Source of the DNA: the human T2T-CHM13v2.0 reference genome, Homo sapiens
Strand: one strand, 5' to 3'
Assembly: GCF_009914755.1 (NCBI RefSeq)
Contig: NC_060927.1
DNA length: 64,000 nt
This document shows positions 14,323-28,132 of the stretch, one piece after another. The translations under genes were made by a program, and so were the position numbers. The notes beneath the pieces are model-generated. The model was not told where the DNA came from. It made no database searches and saw only the letters and a program-made list of their open reading frames with translations. Each line of letters opens with the position of its first letter. The first letter of the stretch is position 1.

Positions 14323-14533
14323 CCTCCCGGGTTCAAGCGATTCTCCTGCCTCAGCCTCCTGAGTAGCTGGGACTACAGGCATACGCCACCAAGCCCAGCT
14401 AATTTTTGTATTTTTAGTGGAGACGGGGTTTCACTATGTTGGCTAGGATGGTCTTGATTTCCTGACCTGGTGATCTGCCCACCTGGGCCTCCCAAAGTGC
14501 TGGGATTACAGGCTTGAGCCATCACACCAGGCC
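14323..14533 (-). mobile_element. AluS-type element missing its 3' ~70 nt and poly(A) tail
   Basis: cctcccgggttcaagcgattctcc...gggattacaggcttgagccatcacaccaggcc, flanked by tc(c/a)agtagaattct at 14305-14318 and 14534-14547. Confidence 0.92.
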
Positions 14534-14598
14534 TCAAGTAGAATTCTATACTCTACTCCTCCATGAAAACATTTCAAATTTCTCTATTAAAATATCTT

Positions 14599-14663
14599 TG
14601 TGTGTGTGTGTATGTGTGTGTGTATGTGTGTGTATGTGTGTGTGTATGTGTGTGTGTGTGTGT
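14599..14663 (+). repeat. Interrupted (TG)n microsatellite with periodic TA interruptions
   Basis: tgtgtgtgtgtgtatgtgtgtgtatgtgtgtgtatgtg... Confidence 0.95.
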
Positions 14664-14667
14664 CTCC

Positions 14668-14846
14668 CAGTTCGTCTACTAGGCCAGTACAGATTAGAAT
14701 CATCTGGGGATCTTTTAAAACTTAGAAAGCCCAGCGTACACCTCAAACCAATTAAATCAGAATCTCTGGGAATAGGATACAGCAGTCACGATTTTCTTAA
14801 GCTCCTTAGGCAGTTCAATGTGCAGAAAAGTTCTGGAAGCACTAGT
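14668..14846. mobile_element. hAT-Charlie MER5B-like DNA transposon fossil
   Basis: attagaatcatctggggatcttttaaaa...accaattaaatcagaatctctggg...aatgtgcag...gaagcactag. Confidence 0.75.
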
Positions 14847-14939
14847 TTATATTACTGTTACAACTTTTGGCATAACTCAACCCTGTATTATATTCAGTAA
14901 TTTACCTCTGTTTATAAATTGTAAGCTACTTAAGCAGAA

Positions 14940-15223
14940 TTTTTTTTTGAGACAGGGTCCCCCATCCTGGAGTATAGTGGCACAATCATAGTTCACTGCA
15001 GCCTCTGACTCCTGGGATCAACTGATTCTCCCATCGCAGCCTCCCAAGTAACTAACATTACAAGTGGACACCACCATACTCAGCTATTTTTTTTTTTTTT
15101 TTTGGTAGAGACAGGGTCTCACTAAGCTGCCTAGGCTGCTCTAGAACTCCTGGCCTCAAGTGATCCTCCTGCCTTGGCCTCCAAAAGTGTTGAGAATACA
15201 GGCATGAACCACTGCACTTGGCC
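14940..15223 (-). mobile_element. AluJ (Jo/Jr-like), inside an L2 3' end
   Basis: Poly(T), gagacagggtc...atcatagttcactgcagcctc...ctcctggcctcaagtgatcctcctgcc...cacttggcc. Confidence 0.9.
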
Positions 15224-15720
15224 CAGAAACCTTATTTTCTTCAAATTTGTGTTCCCCACAACACTAGGAAAATAGAGTAGCACAGTGAATATTATTAAAT
15301 GATCATGTTCGTTCTACAAATTAAGTGAAATAGGCAAATTAATAAGATTTCAAATGACAGAATGAGATATGCCAGATGTTTGGGTGTGGGAGCCCTGAGG
15401 TGGAAATTGTGATTGCTTAGGGTAAAAATAGAGCATGCTAATAAGATCCTTAAATTTCTCCAATCACAAGAAAAGTAAACTGAGAATGATGAGTCTTTGT
15501 TTTTAATTCTGCTAAGGAAATAGGTCTAGGCTGCCACAGAAGTTGAATGAGTTACACTTTAGGAATAAACTCTTGATGACCCCAGAATGGAAAACAATGA
15601 CCAAAGAAAGCCACAAAATCATCTTCTCAGCAGAAGTTTGAGAAAGGATGAGACCACAGTTTGTTTTCAGTTCTTAACTTAAAGGTGGGATAAAACTTCC
15701 ACTAGGAACTATAAATAATT

Positions 15721-15768
15721 GTTTTTTTTTGTTTTTTTTTGTTTTTTGTTTTTGTTTTTTTGTTTTTG
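15721..15768 (+). repeat. (GTTTTT)n-like low-complexity tract
   Basis: gtttttttttgtttttttttgttttttgtttttgtttttttgtttttg. Confidence 0.9.
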
Positions 15769-17049
15769 CTGGTAATGTGGTGAGTTTCTGATTCTTTCTG
15801 GAGATTACAAAACAATCCATTTATTAAGTCCAGGATATAAATTCAGACGTTCAGATTGGTCATAAGACAGTTCGAGAAAGCAAAAGGCAGATTGTCCAAT
15901 CTGGCTGCTCCAGGTGCCAGGAGTTATTAATTATGCCTGTTCTAATAGCAAGAGCTGGGAAGCAGCAAACTCAAAACATGTGGGGAAAACAAAAAATTAG
16001 ATGGTGGTTTGCCTTAATGAGAGGAAGTAAGAGGCAGCAGCCACAGCACCAGGCTCAGTACACTGAGTACAAATCCTGCCAGCAACATATTTTAGCCACA
16101 ACTGGGCATGATCACCATAGTCGCTACAGGGATCATGGAGTCCTAGCGGGCTCTCCAACATCTGTGCAGTAATCAGTGAGGTCACTTTCTTCTTTGTGCT
16201 TTTCTAGGGTGGGTGAGGGAGGATTCAAGAAGTCAAGAGGGACTAATCAGAATTTGGTGTTCGGTAGATCATAGATTATGAGAGCTGGATGGTACATTAC
16301 AGACTAAATAGTCCAACCCTGCCCATTCCCACATATGAATAAACTAAGTTCTAGAGTAGCTAAGTGACATAACCCATGTCACCCAACAATGGCAGGGCAA
16401 AACCAAAGTTTTCTCTATTCTTTTTCTCTCCGGTTAATAGCAGACTCCTTTTCTTCCTACTTAAGAAACTGGCTTTCCTTAGACTTTTGCAAGCTCTTTA
16501 AATAGCGAGGAGCCTCACCTTGGCAGAGGCCTAGGTATTTCACTTTCCATCTTTAAACATGGCCCTGGATTAGCTCTGCTTGATGAGTAGCCATCTCCTA
16601 TCCTGCTTAGAACTCTTCTCCTGGTTTAAGCCTCAGAAATTCAGGCTCTGGGATGCTATGACATTTCTGCCAAATGGTATATGATAGCTTCCACTTGGTA
16701 GGACAGTCATCATTTTACCAATGAGCCATAGATAGGCTTGGTTCATCAAAGGAGACCATCAGACTTACCTGTGGGTGTCGTTCCCTGACTTACTCATCAG
16801 CCTGCTATCTAGGAGGTCTCTAGAGCCAAAGTCTTGGGGGGTTGTGCTTCCCTCTGACCCACTGGACTCTGAGCATATGGAGGCCAAGATCAAGGTCTTA
16901 CTCATCTTCATTTCCTGCTTGTTGCTTGGATGATGTCTACTAAATTTTAATAGATGAATGGGCCAAACACTTATAGGAAGAAATTTACAGACTGGAACTC
17001 ACTCAGTGAGCAGCAACCAGGACTGTGAGAAGATGAACATTTGAGTAGG

Positions 17050-17145
17050 ATAAGGGATGCCTTAAAAAGAAGAGATATTCAACTTGGAGAAGAAAATGTT
17101 CACTGGGGAAATGATCATCATCTTCAAATAACAAAAGGGTGTCTT
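17050..17145 (+). mobile_element. L3/CR1 fragment
   Basis: gatattcaacttggagaagaaaatg...ggggaaatgatcatcatcttcaaataacaaaaggg resembles the CR1 3' region. Confidence 0.55.
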
Positions 17146-17664
17146 TGGGAAGATGAGAAGTAGGAGAAGGCAACTCTGGAAAGGAGGACTTCAGAGGAAC
17201 ATAAGAATCTGCTTTGGGAACAACCCATATTTACTGAGGATCCTCTCTTGACAGAGATATGGAAAGGAGGGGACAATCAGTGGGGAAACAGCATGGCCCA
17301 AGACTTCTAACTTTAAGGAGCCTCTGCTACCTTAGAATAGAGAAGAACTGGTAGCACTTTAATTGGAGGCAACATTGAAGGTAAGGAGAAACTATTTGCA
17401 GTAAATTGAAATGGAGGCAGGAGTAGAAAAGAAAGAGGTTTGAGGATAGAACAAGCATGCTTCATCCTCCTAGGATTCCTCTTTTTATAATAACAATACT
17501 GATTATTAAGTGCTTCTATTTACCAAGCTCTGTATCATAATTTTAGCCTCACTGATGATAACCCTGATACAGCAACAATCAGAAAGCCCCACTTCATACA
17601 AGTTGAACTTGAAAAAAATAAAGGAAATTGATTTTAAAAAAACATGTTGGCAAGCTTTCTGTGA

Positions 17665-18160
17665 CACTGGCATGCTCGTGTGTGGAACACAAACTGAACG
17701 CAAATGGAAACAATCCCTTTGGAGAGCTGTTTGGCAATACCTTTCAAGGTCATAAAACTCAGCTAATAATCTCAGTCCCAGGGATTTACTCTAAGTAAAA
17801 CGCCTCTTAAAAAAAAAAAAAAGAAAAGAAAAAAAAAACCCTATATGGTCAAGGTGCTTTAAAATAGCAAAACCTGGAAATAATCCAAATTTCCAACAAT
17901 TTAGGAATGGTTAAATAATTTATGATATATTAACTCCATGAAAAATTATGTAGCCATTAAAATGATAAATGAGAAGACTCTGTGGCAAAATGAAAGACAT
18001 ATAACAAATAATGGGCAAGCATGAGAGTGGAATGCAAAATTGTACACATGCTCTGATTATCACTGTAAAAACACTTATGGCTAGAAATTGAGAGGGACAA
18101 TAGGGGTATATAAAAAAATTATTATTTTGTGCATAATCATTGTACACTTTATAAAATGAA
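17665..18160 (+). mobile_element. Old L1ME-type 3' fragment with an internal A-tract (~17809-17838)
   Basis: ctttggagagctgtttggcaata...aatagcaaaacctggaaataatccaaat...ggaatggttaaataat...tatgtagccattaaaa. Confidence 0.75.
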
Positions 18161-18684
18161 AACACAGAAGAACTCTTGCCGTCGCTGGGGAAATTTGAGA
18201 ATCACAGCATGTAAGTTAGAAAGCATTGTATGGGTCCTTGGCGAGCGCTCTCTTTGTACGGTTAAGGAAACCAAAGCCCTGAGGAAAGTAGCTTGTCTGT
18301 CCCACAGCTAGTTAGCAGCAGGTTGAGGCTAGAACACAGAAGCACAGAGTAGAGGATCCTTGGAAGATTACATTGAACAGCCGGATAATGTGGGAAACAC
18401 ACAGGGTGAAGAGGGCAAGAGAGAAAACAGGATTGCCTGTCATAAAAATTCTCAGATGTGAGCAGCAAATTCAGTCAGTGAAGAACACACCCCATTCTCC
18501 GTCTATTGAAAACAGCTACTGTCCACTCACTGAGTGGGCTGTGGGTCTGAAAAGAGAGGATCTGGTTTTCTGCCTTTGAGGGTCATCTTCCCTCACCTTC
18601 TCTCTTTCCCCATTACCACCTCCTGAGGTCAAGTTCTTGGCAATTATTCTCCAAACTCTCTGTGGGGCCAGTGATGCCCCAGTT

Positions 18685-18936
18685 GCTGCGCTAGGACTGG
18701 AGACGCAATGTTGACTAAGACACACATAGCCCTTGCTCTAATGGTGCTTTCACTTTAGGATTGAGACAGACAATTAGCTTGCAAACAAATAAATAAAATG
18801 ATTTAATAAGGCAATGTGTACTACCTTAACAAACAAAACAGGGATTTGTGATGGGGACAGACAGTATGGGGCATGGAGGCTTATAAGCAAGTGGGTAACA
18901 TGGTCTGACATATGTTTGAAAGCTTACTCTGGCTGA
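18685..18936 (-). mobile_element. L2 fragment
   Basis: gctaggactggagacgcaatgttgactaagacacacatagcccttgctct...ggtctgacatatgtttgaaagcttactctggctg. Confidence 0.6.
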
Positions 18937-18944
18937 CTTTATTT

Positions 18945-19560
18945 CTAGGATAATTGCAACAGTCTCTGTCTCTTCTTACTATGGCCAAGGAGGTCTTAAC
19001 AAAATGTAAATTTGACGTGACACTGCTCCATCTGAAAACTTTTTAAGATTCCTTGTCAGCCCCAAGCTAAAGCTCAGACATTCAGCACAGCTATGGAAAT
19101 TTTCATGCTAGGCTTCTATACCACCTTCACCCCCGCCACAGTGCAGGTCTTGCACTCTGCACCACAGCCCTCTTCAGGAGTCCCAGCCAGCTGCACACTC
19201 CCCTCAGGCTGAGCCTTTGAGATGCTGTTCAGAATCTGACCCTTTCCTCCTTCCTTGTTTATAGAACTCTTTCTCTCCCTTTAAGGTTTTGTTTGAATGT
19301 TACCTCTCCCCTCACTCTTCCAGGCACAGCAGATTAGTCACCGCTTTCTCTGTGCTCATAACATGCTTTGTTTACACTTGTATCAGGATATACCACATTG
19401 AATCATAATTATGTGTTTGTGTATGCATGTAGGTATAATAAACTCTTAGAGAGCAGAAGCCATATCTTATTTATGTTTTTATGTCTAGAACTAAGTGCAA
19501 GCTGGGCACCTAGCTTTAGTGAATATTTAATGAATGAGTTGGTAATAGATCATTGGATAA
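18945..19560 (+). mobile_element. L2 fragment with 3' end
   Basis: gataattgcaacagtctc...aaatgtaaatttgacgtgacact...aaactcttagagagcagaagccatatctta...tgaatatttaatgaatgag. Confidence 0.7.
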
Positions 19561-20289
19561 AAGGATGGATAGGTGGATGAATGAATTACTAAGCAAATAA
19601 ATACAATCTATCCTCATTTTAAAAGCAAGGCAAATATGATCTGTTTCCTTATCTGTGAAAAGAATCACATAAGGTGATTTTTAAGGTTACTTCCAGCTCC
19701 AGGGTCTGATAGTCAATAAATCACAACTGGTTATTGCCGTTGGAATCAGAAAGCTTTCTTGGCTTGGCTGCTTGAGATATCTCAAAACGCTCCCAGGTTC
19801 ATATTAAGGACTGAAAAGTCTGTGGATCCTTAACTTGCAAGCCTGCTGCACTGGGATAAATAAAACCTGGGCCTGGGCTGGGTGTTCTCCTGTCCCAATT
19901 GGCAACACTCACCATACCCAACATATCTGGTGAGGGAAGAAGGCTCGAGCAAAACAGGTTTTGAGCCAGCTCAGCAACAGCACAGCTATACATTCCTGTA
20001 AATTTCCAGGCCCATGTGAAGGCCGGGACAGGCGTGAATATTCCGCTATGTCACTCAGCTCCCGTGGTTATTTTTGTTCACCCCATCATCTTGTGGATGT
20101 GGCTTCAGGACAGACCTGTATAGATTTAGGTCAGAGGTCAGGAGAGAAATAATTCCTAATTCAGCTTTCAGTGGAGGAGAAAAGAGTGAGGACACACCAT
20201 TCCCTCTTATGAGAATAAAGGTGAGACTGACCTGAGATTCCATTCATGCAAGAAGGCCTGTCTTACACCACTACAGGCCTAGTCCTCTG

Positions 20290-20650
20290 TTAGGAGAATA
20301 TGGAGAGAGATAAAGTGGTTCCTGTCTTCAAGGAGTTTATACTCTAGTAAGAGAGATTGCTAATGTGCCTAAGGTAAGTTATTTGGGGCACAGAGAGGAC
20401 AGTCCATGTGGATGAAGGTTGGAAGGTTGAAGGAAGAGGGAAGGAATACTTTATAAAGGAGGAAGTGTCTTCAACAGAGAGAAATGGAGATTGACTATGA
20501 CAGTCAGAAAAAAATGCTTGAACGAGGGTAAGGAGAAGTCAAAGTACAGAGCAGTGGGGGAAGGTAAGCAGAGACTTGGGCACAGCAGAGGATGGGTAAG
20601 AGAAGGAAGGGAGGTATTTCACAATGTTGAAAGATGAAGGACAGGAGGGG
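20290..20650 (-). mobile_element. L2 fragment
   Basis: gataaagtggttcctgtcttcaaggagtttatactctagt...ctttataaaggaggaagtgtct. Confidence 0.55.
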
Positions 20651-22997
20651 TCAGCCGGGTCTTAGAGACCAACCTCATCATTATTAAAATAAAATATTAT
20701 CTAGTGCCAGTTATTGCCAAACAGGAAACCCTGTTCCTTCCTCTGAGTGCCAATCTCCAGGGTTTAGAATGCACCTGGAAAGCAATGGGGGTCTCTGGAG
20801 GCTCTTGAGAGCAGGGTGGGGTAGAAAGTGTTGAGACTTGTTCCCTGCCTGCTTCCCTTTCTTACCTGGATGCCAAGTGGTGGAATTGGCTTGGCAGGGA
20901 CTTGAGCCTCATGGAGGGTTGGACACGTGACCTCTCTGATACTCTCCTAAGAGTGTCTGTGATCAACTCTGTACTTATAGTCAACACAAGGCATTTGCAG
21001 AAAATAGAAAAACGTGAGTATGCATGTGCATGGACATACACACCCAGATGTCTCTGAAAATAGTCTCCTGGAGTTAATAAAGATGTGATATAGAAGGCCA
21101 GATATCAAAAAGCACCCTTCTGGCAGCAGTTATAGGAGTTGGTCCCTCACAGAGATTTCATGCGATAGTCCCCTCTGCACTCTGGAAGGTAATGGAAATC
21201 CCAGCCCTCTCTTTTCTCATGTACAAACGGCAGATTTCCAGGCCCATGATCAAAGGCAGAAGGAGAGCTCAGAGAATGGCAAGAGGAAAAGAGAACAATC
21301 AGAATCTGAAACTAAGGCAGAGAAAACATTTATTAACCAACAAAGAAGCTCATTTTCGAGAAACTGAGTCCTTTCAAAAATGCAATCAGCATTAAAATCA
21401 CTAATTTCCTTCTTCCTCTTCCTTCAGAGGGAGGAGTTTACAGTAAATTAATTTGGAAGTTAAGTGAGTACAAGTTTATCTTTAAAAGTATGTAAGAGAC
21501 AGAACTAGGGATGAATCAAGCTTCAAAACATAAGCAAAGTAAAGGATGAAGCTAGGAATTTAAACCTGTCTTGGTGACTTTTTAAAAAGTTACTCTTGCA
21601 GATGTGGGGAGTTGTGTGACTCTTTGCTATTTTTAAAAAGTTTTCATTTTGACTGAATCATGGGGACTTCATTAATCCTTTACCCTGTGAAGTGTTTTGG
21701 AGTCATAGCCAGGGCTTTTGTACAGAAGGGGACTTTGATGACCTTCAAACCGTATTGATAGGGTAAGTTCCTAGAGTCCCCGAGAAAACAGGCCATTTCT
21801 CCTCCAGCTCTCTGTTTCCTGCTGTGCAGAAACTCTGCATAAAGGTAAGAGTTGGTCTGCTAAAAAGATCCCTGGTCTTAGCCCCAGAATATTTGGGTTC
21901 TAGTATCAACTCTAACCCCTCACAGACATGAGGCTATAGTGACATTCCCTCTCTGGGCCTTAATTATCTTTTACAGAAAATGATGAAATTAGGCATATTT
22001 TCTTCGTGGTTCCTGTCAGAACTAATGCTCTATGAATTGAATTTGTTCAGACACCAAATTGGCTAGTTAAGAATTCGATTCTTTTCTTCTTTCCCCTGAT
22101 GTTCTTGAGGAAAAAAATAATAACAAAATAATGACTTACTCTATACCAGGCACTATGATAATATGTTTATGCTTATTATTTCACTTGCCAACAAACTGGT
22201 ATGAAGGAAGAAATGATTCAACTCAACTGCAGCAGCAGTTCCAGCGATCTGGTTGGGAGTTAATACTGATGCAGCCCAATTGTCCCCACCTCCTGCATTT
22301 CTACCTCAAATCCTTGAAAATGACAAGTCGCGATCTTAACAATGGTATTAGGTGCTAATAGATCCTGAAGTACCTTATGGATCATAAAAAAAAAAGCTTA
22401 AATCATACCCACTATCATTTTAGTGATTAGCAAAGTGTGTTGTAATTTACTTATTTTGAAACCAAGAATCAGTAAATGATATGGAGGGTAACCCAATGAA
22501 CCAGAATTTTCCATTGCTCAGAATGCCCCATTTCCTAGCCATTTTGGATAAACAGGAATTTACTATGGCATTAGAATAATAATAGCCTACAAGGACTAGA
22601 TTCTGGTAGCTGTAGCCTTGCCAACAGTCCAGCAATGTGTCCACTGCAGAGATCACTGTCCACTCCAGCCGGGTATCACCAGGGCCCAATCAGACTCCTT
22701 TTCAGAAATCATGGGCGGTGTTTCCATGGAGCTCTGCCCGAAAAGAGGTGATCTAAATCTTGCATGAGAGATGTACATCAACAGGGAGCTTTGCCTAGAA
22801 CACTGTGACCTAAAAAATCATATTAAGGAACTCAGAATGCAGAGTCAGTTTCACAGACACCAAGTGACCTTGTGCAAGGCACCTCACGTATTGCCTCGCC
22901 TTCTTGACACCCCCTAATGAATGGTGACTACCTCTGTGAATACCCGGGCCAGCGACATGCCCCAGCCGGCTGGGGCAGGCATTCTGATTTTCACTGC

Positions 22998-23069
22998 TCT
23001 GTTTCTTTTTCTTTCTCTCTCTCTCTCTGTTTTTTTGTTTTCGTTTTTTTTTTTTTTTTTTTTTTTTTT
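22998..23069 (+). repeat. (CT)n plus poly(T) pyrimidine tract
   Basis: ctttttctttctctctctctctctgtttttttgttttcg followed by a long T run. Confidence 0.9.
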
Positions 23070-24694
23070 AAGGCAGCCTGCTCCTTATATTAATCATCTT
23101 GCTGTTTGTTTAGTTCTGGGAAGGCAAGCACTGATTCACAAAGGAAAATCTCGCCTAGTGGTCAGATTGAATAGTATCTTTGCTACATTTCGGTTTGAAG
23201 ATACCACCCAATTTATTTTTGATATTTCTTATATAAGGTTGCACATGATACATTTCTTGTGGAGTTTAGGGCTAGAAAGGGCTGGGTCCCCCTTGATCCA
23301 TAGCTATTCTTCCTTTACTAGAGGAAGAGGGCTGTGAAATGCAATGCATGTTCCTTTCTTGTCTAAGCTGCTGGGAAGCTCAAAATCACATCATATGCTT
23401 GATTAAAATTATTCTTATTCTGTGTTTTTTTCTTCGAGCTGTCCTTTCATGACAAGGTCTTAATCTTTCATCTGTGTTTTAATGATCCTGTAATTTCTGT
23501 GACTAACAGTATATGTTACTTCAAATCCTTTTTTAAAGTAAGTGGCATGCAAATAAATCAATAATGCGGACAACTATGTTTTATAAAAACTTTGCAGATA
23601 AGAAAATCGGAAAGATTAAACCTTATTCTATGATGAAGTCTGAAATTTCATTTCTAACACAAATTAATCATTAATATTTAAAAGCTTATACGTAGTAATA
23701 GCTATGAACCTTTGCATATCCCTTACCATTTATAAGGCAAACGCTTTCACATATGTGATCTCATTTTGTAATTAGCATTCACACTTTACAGATGAGGAAA
23801 GTGAGGCTTAGTGAGATTAAGTTAGTAAACTCAGATCTTCTGACCCTAGGCCAAGTCTCGAGTTGTTCTCCCCACCCCGCCCCCAACATCACTTTGCCTC
23901 TCATTGTCTTCTCATTTAAATCAGCATTCTTCTCACTACCTCTAGACAAACGCTTTGTTTTTTTAATGTGTCCATCAGAATTAAGCAAAAAAGCCATTTC
24001 AAGTGTTTATTTCTCTTACTGGGAGGGTATGCAAAAAGTTTGGAAACCACTGATTTAAGGTCTAAAGGGTCAAGCTTGAAGCTTGGAGTGGTCACTTCTA
24101 GAAGATCTGAACTCCCTGTCATCCTGGGGTTCCCTGTGTCAGTTTAATGGGGCAGGGGGAGACATCCAGTCTCTAACATACTTTTCTTTTCTAAATAAAT
24201 GTAATGCCTAAGTGACACACAGATACCTGTAATACCTGTTGACACCAAATCAACAGATTGCTGGGAGAGTCAAGGAGAAGAAAGTTTCGTTACTCCCTAG
24301 GGCTTGTTGGTGAGAAAACACATGTGAGTCTTTAAATTGAAAGTGTCAGAGACGTGTTGTTCCACCAAGGGAGGAGTGGGGGGCAGTTGGCCAGCTTACT
24401 TTAACACGACTCTGAAGATAAGTGCTTGGTAAGCACTGTATTTGTATTTTTGCTTTTTGCCACTTCAGGCAACCTACCTACTGCCAATTACAAGTTGAAA
24501 AGCTTTGGAGATAGTTTGTATAGAAGGTCCTCTGCCTACAGAAACTTCTGGGAGGCTGAGTACCCTAAAAGAGATGTGCATCCGATGAGGTTGTGTCTGA
24601 TTCTCCTCCAGGTTTGGACAGACCCAATTCTAGTTTCCCATTAGGGCCCAGATCCTGCCCACAGTCTGGGGGCTAGAGAGGCTAATCTCAAAGG

Positions 24695-24780
24695 GCTAGA
24701 AATGAGTCAGTTTCCACGCTCAACATCAGGCGTGTGGCTTCCTGAAGCACAGACGAGGAAGCGTTGAATTTCAAAGAGCA
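24695..24780. promoter_or_regulatory. Candidate enhancer core: AICE2 (IRF:AP-1), ETS and TCF motifs
   Basis: GAAATGAGTCA at 24699-24709; CTTCCTG at 24738; GAGGAAG at 24755; TTCAAAG at 24770; several retained CpGs. Confidence 0.45.
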
Positions 24781-25339
24781 AATTTTTTTTTTCTTTGCAT
24801 ACCATATCCGGAACTGAAACCACCAATTCATTTCACTTAAGATTTTGCACTATACTCAGATCATCAATAACATCCCAGAGATAAGATACCAAGATTTTCT
24901 CAATGCAGACATTCTGTCTTCCTCTCTTTCTGTCTTTTGGTGATGACTGTTATTGAATTCTTCTTCTTTTTCTTCTTCTTTTTGAGTCCTAACAACACAA
25001 AATTCGGAAGCCTTTGTTTTTTTCATAGGTGTCTGTGAGTACTAGAAGTCAAATGTCCAAAAATCTGCTGAGACTTTCACCTTGCTCATAACTTTCTGCT
25101 TTCCCTTGCTAGTCAGGTGTGTGTAAGATCACAGATCCAGCATTCCACTCAAGGGGGTAACTAGATTTGCTGAGGGCTCGCTGAGGTAACCAGTCACCTC
25201 ACTAAACAGTGAAAGTGGTTGAAAGATGGAGTCTGTGGCAGATTCATGCAAACTACCCTCACAATGAGAAAAGCAATGGAAAATACTCACATCCTCCTGA
25301 TGCTGCTGTAACATCAATATGTTAGGAGGAAGGAAGATT

Positions 25340-25575
25340 CCTACATATCACAGTGCAATTTATAAACCACTTTCACATTCGTTCTGTCTTGATTCTTACC
25401 GGAACTTTTGAGATCAGCCACACAAGCATTATTCTTCCCATTTTAGAGATGGGGGCACACAACACTAACAAAAGTAGAAAGATGGACCTAAGCAGTGACA
25501 GTGACAGAGCCAGAGGCCTCCGATTAGACCCCAGCTTTATTGATTCTAAGTCCAGTATTCTTGTAACTGCTGTCT
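25340..25575 (-). mobile_element. MIR SINE
   Basis: cattattcttcccattttagagatgggg...agtgacagagccagagg...ttgattctaagtccagtattctt. Confidence 0.65.
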
Positions 25576-25811
25576 AACCTTATGTATAATATAATATTAC
25601 ATCATAATCCATGACCTAATGTTACACAGTCATTTGTTGACATTTTAAAATTTCAAGTTCTTGCAGGTCAGAGTTAATGGTTGTTGGTCATTACTTTGGT
25701 ATAACCCTTGCAGGCCTCTGCTTAGTTTATTCAAAAAGTGGGGGAATGGCATTAAATTCTGTGTTGCTTTCAGTTCTAACATTTTGTGAGTCTATGTGTC
25801 ATCCATGGAAT

Positions 25812-26400
<589 letters not shown>

Positions 26401-27699
26401 GACATTCTCTAATGATCCCATTGGTCTCTCAAAGCAGCAGCACACATTTCAAGAGAAATTTTGCACCATTCCAGCACCACAAACCCCACGCCACACCGTG
26501 CCAATGCCGCACACACCAAGTCATGCGGTGTAGTCCTCCAACCCAGGGCCACCTGAAGTTGAGCAATTCCAGCTGCACAATCTGGATCACATCACTTCAG
26601 CCACAGAAGCTTTTGTGTTTAAAAAAAATCCCCACAATCTGTCTGAAAGCAAGGACTTCCACATGTTGCCTGAATACAGGACTAGAGACAGCGCCTTTCA
26701 TTGCCTTGGAAGTTTATTGCCCTTTCATTTCCCTGAGTGCAGAATCCCATCATTCTCCCGATTATGAGAGGAGAGAAGAGAGGCTGCCCAAGGTTTTTGC
26801 ATCCTGCCTCTTGTCATTCTGTCTCCCCTGGCTTTTCTAGTATCTTTCCTCTTTAGAGAAAGGAATTCTAGACTCTCAGTCTCTTAGGAGTGTGGAAAAC
26901 CAAAGGGGAGATTTCTCCAATCTGCAGCCACTCTTAACTTGACTCTTCCCCTTTGGCCTCCCTTCCAGAGCCTCTGTTGAACAGCTTCTGTGGGGCGGTG
27001 CTCACTCCCTCCAGAGGCAGCCTGGCTCCATGTTTTCACACTTCAGATTATTCAAAAGTTCTGAACCACACTCTGTCTTGTGGGAACTTCCTCCTATGGG
27101 CTCCAAACAAGTTTGATCCTGCTGATCCTGCTTCCACACGTGTAAAATGTGTCTTCCCCAATCTCACAGGCGACTCTACTTGTCTCAAATTCATATCTTA
27201 AAGGTCCCATAAGCAGTATGTACTTCCATTTTTGAGCCCAAAATATCTTCTGGCTGAATTAACTTTCAGTCATCTCTTCCAATCTCCATGGTTCTAGGGG
27301 GCAAGTCTTTGTGGTGACAAAGATATTATTAACCTCTTTAACTGGGAACCCTCTCCTCAGAGTTTAGACTTCCTGCCCTGGGGTTAGATCAACAAATGCC
27401 GTAGAGAAAGTTAGTGTTTCTACTTTTGACCTCAGCTACAACTTGTGCTTAGCTGAAGATTGCTAACTATTTAATAGACTAAGACAAATTATCTTTAGTT
27501 CTAGAATGATATGAAACTTCCTAGGACTAAATTATGCAAAGGAAATTTCAGCTAAAATAAGGCATATAGGCAAACAGACATTTTAAATGGCCTTGGGAAT
27601 TCTGTTTTATTTGCAAGAAGAAAATAATTCTTATTTTCCCCTTGACTTGAGTAGATGTTCTGCAGTCTTTGTCAGCCATCTAGTTGGTGCTTTAAAGTA

Positions 27700-28132
<433 letters not shown>

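Noticed and set aside
14514-14900. Cys/Val-repeat and His/Thr-repeat proteins (also at 29015 and 40663)
   Set aside because: These are translations of (TG)n/(CA)n microsatellites.
22998-23080. Strong splice acceptor (long pyrimidine tract plus AAG)
   Set aside because: The tract is a simple repeat and I found no convincing downstream donor.
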